DNA from: Octopus sinensis
Taxonomy: Eukaryota
NCBI RefSeq assembly: GCF_006345805.1
Contig: NW_021830170.1
Coordinates: forward strand, 1-5,002
Reading direction: 5' to 3'
DNA length: 5,002 nt
Shown here: positions 1-5,002 of the stretch, piece by piece
Layout of the letters: every line of letters begins with the position of its first letter
Position numbering within the stretch: position 1 is the first letter of the stretch
Program-made: the position numbers and the translations under genes
Notes under the pieces: generated by a model
The model's database searches: none
What the model was told of the DNA's origin: nothing
The model's input: only the letters and a program-made list of their open reading frames with translations

Positions 1-91
1 TGTCAATTTGCCGAAGATTAGAAACGAACTCGGAATCACACAGTTTTTTCCGCAGTGAAATTATGAGCGCCACGGCTGTAGTTGCTCTCGT

Positions 92-93
<2 letters not shown>

Positions 94-124
<31 letters not shown>
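94..124. repeat. (AC)n microsatellite
   Basis: Uninterrupted AC dinucleotide run, followed by degenerate CACA/AACA units. Confidence 0.97.
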
Positions 125-126
<2 letters not shown>

Positions 127-149
127 CACAAACACACAAACCTACGTTG

Positions 150-317
150 ACATATATGTATGTATGCGTATATTTATATACATATATACAAATATATATA
201 TGTATATATATGTAGATGTAAACATATATGTGTGTGTTTATATATATATATGCATGTTTGTATATATGTATATATGTGTATATATGTATATATATATATA
301 TACATCTATATACACAC
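150..317. repeat. Degenerate (TA)n/(TG)n low-complexity tract
   Basis: Alternating TA with interspersed TG/CA units; source of the Y/I/M/C-rich pseudo-ORFs. Confidence 0.9.
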
Positions 318-329
318 ATCTATCTATCT

Positions 330-366
<37 letters not shown>

Positions 367-380
367 TATCTACCATCCAA

Positions 381-420
<40 letters not shown>
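318..420. repeat. (ATCT)n tetranucleotide microsatellite
   Basis: Two near-perfect ATCT arrays separated by a short interruption at about 366-380. Confidence 0.97.
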
Positions 421-432
421 ATGTATATATAT

Positions 433-476
<44 letters not shown>

Positions 477-511
477 ATATTATATATATAGATATATATA
501 TATATATAGTA
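421..511. repeat. (TA)n microsatellite
   Basis: TA run with a few single-base interruptions. Confidence 0.95.
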
Positions 512-692
512 TAGGTAGATCGATACAGGTATACATGCACGCACATACACAGTTATATGGGTGCCGCTGATGAAGACTGCATGTAATATTCATAATGGTC
601 GCTCCTCTCCATTTTCCAGTTTTAAATACGCAAATTGCCGTACAAATTGCTACAAGGTTTTATGCCAAGCTTAGCTTCCGGTCTGCGTTAAT

Positions 693-795
693 AAACAAAA
701 TATAGATACTCAGGAAAACATTTTTAGAAACACAAAAAAACAAAAACACAAAAAAAACAAAAAGAAAATCTAAATATCAAAGCAAAACAAGAAAC
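693..795. repeat. A-rich low-complexity tract (CAAAA-like units)
   Basis: Runs such as cacaaaaaaacaaaaacacaaaaaaaacaaaaag. Confidence 0.7.
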
Positions 796-1072
796 TATCC
801 TTTTTGGCATCGTTAATGAACAGAACATATATATAAATATATTTTTATATACATATATGCTTGGAAAGCATAAATTTATGACCGGTGAAATAAAAAGAAA
901 TCGTTTATATTTATTTTAATATATGTGTGTATATTTATTCGTTTTCATATTTCACTCCATTTATATTGTATAGTAATATATTATAGTTTTGGATTTTGAT
1001 GTAATGCGATAAAACATATACTAATCTATCGAACACTTTACACGAAATTACATTCTAGCATTTACACAAAAT

Positions 1073-1095
1073 TATAATATATATATATATATAAT

Positions 1096-1140
<45 letters not shown>
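1073..1140. repeat. (TA)n microsatellite
   Basis: Long near-perfect TA run ending about 30 nt upstream of the hammerhead motif. Confidence 0.95.
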
Positions 1141-1145
<5 letters not shown>

Positions 1146-1170
1146 TTTATAACTTAACATTATGTACTTT

Positions 1171-1292
1171 AATCTCTGACGAAGCCTAGAGAAGCATCCA
1201 AGTACTTCAATTTCATATACTTATTACTGTCTACTGGAGTAATAGGTAGAATGAGGTATTTTTACTTCTTGGCTGAAACAGCTGTAAGCTAT
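1171..1292 (+). ncRNA. Type I hammerhead ribozyme motif, minimal Penelope-like-element type, with long stem II (possibly partly decayed)
   Basis: CUGACGA core at 1176-1182. Stem II spans 1183-1274 (basal AGCC/GGCU, then helices 1200-1209/1252-1261 and 1218-1228/1238-1248). GAAA at 1275-1278. Palindromic stem III ACAGCUGU at 1278-1285. GUA cleavage triplet at 1284-1286. Stem I is weak: 1175U-1287A, 1174C-1288G, U/C mismatch, 1172A-1290U. Order and spacing of all elements match the established hammerhead consensus. Confidence 0.7.
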
Positions 1293-1508
1293 TTTCCCAA
1301 TTTGTATTCACGTATGTTATATTGTAATTACTGGTATCTTTGTATATTAATATATTTTATATCTTATATGTAAAGCATAATATGTTATACATGTATGTAT
1401 ATTCTTGTAATTGTCAGTTTAGTAAAGAAATAAATAAGTTGACATAATATAATGTCTAAAAGTTGATGAACCACCTATTGATCCCCTCCATTTTCTTATT
1501 GTTCTCTC

Positions 1509-1607
1509 TATATATACATATATATATACACATAAATACATATATATATATATAGTGTGTGTGTGTATATATATACATATATATACATACACAAACGTAC
1601 ATATACA
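1509..1607. repeat. Mixed (TA)n/(CA)n/(TG)n low-complexity tract
   Basis: Dinucleotide mosaic read directly from the sequence. Confidence 0.85.
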
Positions 1608-1706
1608 AATAAAGAACACAGAACAAAACTGGGATTTCCCTCCTCGGCTGCCTACCGGACATGTACGTAGTTTTGACACCCAAAGGCATGATCGCAGTCT
1701 ATATAT

Positions 1707-2016
1707 TGGACCGTACACATATACATATTAAAGATGATATTTGACCATACACATACAGTAATCCCTCGCCATATCACGGTTCACTAATAAACCTATCGCG
1801 GTTTATTATTTTAGCTTACGTCGTTTCCTCCGCGGTGTTGTCTTGCATTTATAATAAAATAAAAATATATACAAATTATAGAAATAATAATGATAATAAA
1901 ATATACAGTACAATATTGTTTCTACTTCGCGGATTTGCACCTATCGCGGAGGTAGGGTGTTTGGAGCGTAACACCCGCGATAGTCGAGTGATTACTGTAC
2001 ATGTTAAAGACGATAT
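1707..2016. repeat. 34-bp tandem duplication with the second unit split by the MITE
   Basis: Unit 1 (1707-1740) is tggaccgtacacatatacatattaaagatgatat. Unit 2 (1741-1755 plus 1998-2016) is ttgaccatacacata/tacatgttaaagacgatat. 30/34 identical. Confidence 0.85.
1756..1997. mobile_element. Non-autonomous Tc1/mariner superfamily MITE (Tigger/pogo-like), 242 bp
   Basis: Left TIR CAGTAATCCCTCGCCATATCACGG (1756-1779); right TIR reverse complement CAGTAATCACTCGAC-TATCGCGG (1975-1997); 20/24 columns match. TA target duplication at 1754-1755 and 1998-1999. CAGT termini with TA TSD are typical of pogo/Tigger elements. AT-rich non-coding interior. Confidence 0.9.
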
Positions 2017-2061
2017 GTACTGTTGGATACTGTTACTGATAATTCCAGGTAGTTTTAGAGT

Positions 2062-2383
2062 TGGTGGTAGTGGTGGTGGTGGTGATGATGATGACGTCGA
2101 TGAAGATGATGATGATGATGATGATGATAATGGTGGTGGTAATGACAATGATTGTGGTTGTAATTTTGATGATGGCGGTGGTGGCGATGATGGTTTTGAT
2201 GATGATGATAATGATGATGACAACCATAACAAGAACAATGACTATGGCAAGGGTGGTGGTGGTGGTGATGAAGTTGAAGATGAGAATAATGATGATGATT
2301 ATGATGATGATTTTGAAATATAGCTGTGATTATGCTGATGACAACGACGACAACGATGATAATAATTATGGCAATAATAATGA
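2062..2383. repeat. Compound trinucleotide low-complexity tract (GGT/GAT/AAT/GAC)n
   Basis: Mosaic of related triplets; source of the poly-D/G, poly-H, poly-S, poly-I and poly-M/V pseudo-ORFs. Confidence 0.93.
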
Positions 2384-2778
2384 TTTCAAGGGCAGCCATT
2401 TTGAGGGAGGGGATTTGTAAATTACATCGACCCCAGTGTTCAGCTGGTACTTAATTCATCGACCCCGAAAAGATGAAAGGCAAAGTCGACCTCGGCGGAA
2501 TTTGAACTGAGAACGTAGTAGCGGACAAAATACCGCTAACGTTTCTTATTTCTTTATTGCCCACAAGGGTATAAACATAGAGAGGCAAACAAGGACAGAC
2601 AAAAGGATAAAGTCGATTATATCGACCCCAGTGCGTAACTGGTACTTAATTTATCTACTCCGAAAAGATGAAAGGCAAAAATCGACCTCGGCGGAATTTG
2701 AACTCAGAACGTAGCGACAGACGAAATACCGCTAAGCATTTCGCCCGGTGTGCTAACGTTTCTGCCAGCTCGCCGCCT
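2384..2778 (-). mobile_element. Dimeric tRNA-derived SINE (octopus-type): full monomer A at 2547-2778 plus 5'-truncated monomer B at 2384-2546
   Basis: The minus strand starts AGGCGGCGAGCTGGCAGAAACG (A-box-like) and has B-box-like GAGTTCAAATTCC. Monomer A is about 89% identical by hand alignment to the plus-strand copy at 3768-3997. Monomer B repeats the body. Flanking direct repeats TAAT(T/G)ATGGCAATAATAATGA at 2363-2383 and 2779-2799 (16 bp perfect, 20/21 overall). Confidence 0.9.
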
Positions 2779-3320
2779 TAATGATGGCAATAATAATGAC
2801 AAGGATTATAGTGACTTTAGCTTAAACACACGCGCACGCGCACACAAAGATATGTTTTTGCTTGTTCTGTTGGTACAAAAACACATCTCTATAAACAAGA
2901 TTATGACTTCATATTTAAATGTTTCGTACGATCGACTTTACATAGCCGAATTCATACGTAAATCAAGACAGTGTTTAGAATATTTAAAAGAGTGGAAGGA
3001 TCTTAATTCGTCATGTGGTCGTAGGCATCAATACCATTTTTTTTCAAGCACCAGGTAATGGTTCTATTTGGAAGTTCTGCAGAAAAGTTGGTACATGACA
3101 GCAAGTTAAGCTGAACGAAAATCAGATTTTGTGTTTAAGATCAGAATGGGGGCAACAGGTAATGTAAAGTTTCTCTGCGAAACAGGTGCTGCAAATGTTT
3201 GTTCCATTTTAAAACGCGATTTTTGTGTCTATTCTTCCTGACGTGAATTCCCTATTCATTCATCCATCCTTTAATTGCTTAATGTTTTTGGTGAGTGTCG
3301 TAGTTTTGTTACCATGCTGT

Positions 3321-3646
3321 GTGATGAAGCATGGCTTAGTAGCCAAGGTATTCGGCTCAGAATCGTAAAGTCATAAGTTCGATTCCTCGGCGGCGATTTG
3401 TTTCCTTGAGCCAGACACTTTCTTTCACGCTGCTCCAGTTCACTTAGCTGACAAAAATGAGTAGTACCTGTATTTCAAAGGGCTAGCCTTGCCACATTTT
3501 GTGTGCCACACTGAAACCCCTTGAGAACTACATCAAAGGTACGCGTAACTGTGGAGTGCTCAGCCACTTGCACGTTAATTACACGAATATGCTGTTCCAT
3601 TAATCGAATCAACGGGAACCTTCGTCATCATAATTGACAACGTGCC
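3321..3646 (+). mobile_element. tRNA-derived SINE with CORE-like central domain (second family; resembles octopus OR-type SINEs from memory)
   Basis: A box TGGCTTAGTAG (3332-3342) and B box AGTTCGATTCC (3376-3386). Segment 3399-3463 resembles the MIR/CORE consensus as remembered (roughly 60% by eye). No TSD found, so boundaries are approximate. Confidence 0.75.
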
Positions 3647-3765
3647 TATAGGGAAGTGGATGGTGAAACGAGTCAATGGATTGGCGGCGTCGGTTACTGG
3701 AAGTGCTCTATGTCATACTGAAGTGTTGCTCAGTAGTCCTTTAGGGTGTGAGATAAATAAATAAT

Positions 3766-3997
3766 GTAGGCGGTGAGCTGGCAGAAACGTTAGCACGCCG
3801 GGCGAAATGCGTAGCCGTATTTCGTCTGCCGTTACGTTCTGAGTTCAAATTCTGCCGAGGTCGACTTTGCCTTCATCCTTTCGGGGGTCGATTAAATAAG
3901 TACCAGTTACGCAACTGGGGTCGATATAATCGACTTAATTCGTTTGTCTGTCCTTGTTTGTCCTCTCTGTGTTTACCCCTTTGGGCAATAAAGAAAT
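3766..3997 (+). mobile_element. Monomeric tRNA-derived SINE, same family as 2547-2778
   Basis: Head AGGCGGTGAGCTGGCAGAAACG starts at 3768; B-box-like GTTCAAATTC at 3843-3852; tail GCAATAAAGAAAT. Perfect 15-bp TSD AGATAAATAAATAAT at 3751-3765 and 3998-4012. Confidence 0.93.
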
Positions 3998-4030
3998 AGA
4001 TAAATAAATAATCAACGAAAAATCGAACGG

Positions 4031-4061
4031 ACGAACCAACCAGCCAACAACCAACCAACAA
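4031..4061. repeat. Degenerate (AACC)n repeat
   Basis: gaaccaaccagccaacaaccaaccaacaa. Confidence 0.6.
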
Positions 4062-4100
4062 TCGACTGTGGTCAAACTTTGTTCGAAATAGCTTTAACAT

Positions 4101-4278
4101 AGGTGCAGGAGTGGCTGTGTGGTAAGTAGCTTGCTAACCAACCAAATAGTTCCGGGTTCAGTCCCACAGCGTGACACCTTGGACTAGAGTCTTCTACTAT
4201 AGCCTTGTGCCGACCAATGCCTTGTGAGGGGATTTGGTAGACGGAAACTGAAAGAAGCCCGTTGTATGTATATATATT

Positions 4279-4327
<49 letters not shown>

Positions 4328-4518
4328 TTGTGTGTCTGTGTTTGTCCCCCCAACATCGCTTGACAACTGATGCTGGTGTGTTTTGCGGTTCGGCAAAAGA
4401 GACCGATAGAATAAGTACTAGGCTTAGTACAAAGAATAAGTCCTGGGGTTGATCTGCTCGACTAAAGGTGGTGCTCCAGCATGGCCGCAGTCAAATGACT
4501 GAAACAAGTAAAAGAGTA
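4101..4518 (+). mobile_element. tRNA-derived SINE (third family) with internal microsatellite
   Basis: A box TGGCTGTGTGG (4112-4122) and B-box-like GGTTCAGTCC (4155-4164). Internal (TA)n(TG)n tract. The 3' region has stem-loop CAGTC-aaat-GACTG (4488-4501) followed by an A-rich end. Overall sequence matches an abundant octopus SINE as remembered. No TSD found. Confidence 0.8.
4264..4343. repeat. (TA)n(TG)n compound microsatellite inside the SINE
   Basis: Read directly from the sequence. Confidence 0.95.
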
Positions 4519-4756
4519 TACCTTACGTAGTGAGCAAATATTTTCCTCTGTTAATCGATAGGTGATGATTCCGAAATCGCAATCATTTTAAAGTTAGAAT
4601 TACGCATGCGCTGAAGGGGGGGGGAATCATTCGTAGTCTTACACGGAAGCAACAACTGTTTCACCGCCGTCATCTCTTCCTTCACCTCCCACCTTTCTCT
4701 CAGCAAATTGCCACTGCATTATGGGATTCGCCACCACCGTGCTGCCACTGGTGCTG

Positions 4757-4871
4757 CTACTACTACTACTACTACTACTACTACCACGACCACCACGACC
4801 ACCACGACCACCACTACTACTACCACCACCACCACCACCACTACTACTACTACCACCACCACTACCACCAT

Positions 4872-4912
<41 letters not shown>

Positions 4913-5002
4913 TTACTACTACTACTACCACGACCACCACCACCACCACGACCACCACTACTACTACCACCACGACCACCACCACCACCACTACTACTAC
5001 TA
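4757..5002. repeat. Compound trinucleotide repeat (ACT/ACC/ACG)n running off the window end
   Basis: About 81 AC-N triplets from 4759, with two ATT variants. Confidence 0.95.

Noticed and set aside
1-80. Possible decayed SINE head on the minus strand (TTCCGAGTTCG, B-box-like)
   Set aside because: Only about 10 nt resemble the head of the 4101 SINE, there is no convincing A box, and the window edge prevents confirmation.
160-514. Three overlapping ORFs (94, 116 and 87 aa) rich in Y/I/L/S
   Set aside because: Translations of TA and ATCT microsatellites, which lack stops in several frames; no domain-like content.
567-601. Second hammerhead-like half site: CTGATGA-a-GAC...GGTC-G
   Set aside because: The GAAA core, stem III and cleavage triplet are absent (GCTCC follows), and CTGANGA alone is expected about once per 5 kb by chance. 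The CTGATGA at 2335 lies in the triplet repeat with no stem.
620-700. Minus-strand acceptor-like site (ttttgtttattaacgcag) downstream of a long T-rich tract
   Set aside because: All three frames hit a stop within about 20 codons; cannot be distinguished from a chance site beside low-complexity DNA.
1419-1718. Minus-strand ORFs of 99 and 77 aa
   Set aside because: The core is TA/TG repeat; the flanking residues match no protein family I recognise.
1835-2420. Five ORFs with poly-D/G, poly-S, poly-H, poly-I and poly-M/V tracts
   Set aside because: All derive from the GGT/GAT/AAT tract, which is open in most frames; the longest also begins inside the MITE.
2750-3058. 102-aa plus-strand ORF
   Set aside because: Starts at a GTG inside the antisense SINE head, crosses the TSD, and has no recognisable homology.
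3035-3110. Candidate 76-nt minus-strand exon (ttttcgttcag|...AAATG|gtattg; LNLLSCTNFSAELPNRTITWCLKKN)
   Set aside because: Weak donor, no recognisable protein similarity, and an open frame this short is expected by chance; RNA-seq junctions would be needed.
3873-4396. Three minus-strand ORFs (75, 94 and 70 aa)
   Set aside because: Antisense read-through of SINEs and the internal microsatellite.
4565-4625. Small hairpin ATGATT...AATCAT, NRF1-like ACGCATGCGC and a G9 run
   Set aside because: Short, imperfect motifs with no other promoter evidence; a single G run is insufficient for an intramolecular G-quadruplex.
4719-4991. Poly-Val minus-strand ORF
   Set aside because: Reverse complement of the ACT/ACC repeat with a GTG start; not a credible eukaryotic CDS.
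1-5002. CRISPR array, rRNA, bona fide tRNA or prokaryotic operon
   Set aside because: No regularly spaced repeat-spacer array. The tRNA-like segments are SINE heads continuing into SINE bodies, and the context is eukaryotic repeat-rich DNA.

Overview
Eukaryotic, AT-rich, repeat-dense non-coding DNA (intronic or intergenic). It is most likely from an octopus or other coleoid cephalopod, inferred from SINE families recognised from memory plus dense TA/ATCT/GAT/ACT microsatellites; no search was run. No protein-coding gene is supported: the supplied ORFs are mostly microsatellite or SINE read-through. Contents: several microsatellites; a TA-flanked Tc1/mariner (Tigger/pogo-like) MITE that splits a 34-bp tandem duplication; a dimeric tRNA-derived SINE on the minus strand with a 16-21 bp TSD; a monomer of the same family on the plus strand with a 15-bp TSD; and two SINEs of other families, one with a CORE-like domain and one with an internal microsatellite. 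The best unannotated signal is a type I hammerhead ribozyme motif at about 1171-1292 (+). It has CUGACGA and GAAA cores, a palindromic minimal stem III and a GUA cleavage triplet, as in Penelope-like-element hammerheads, but with an unusually long (92 nt) stem II.
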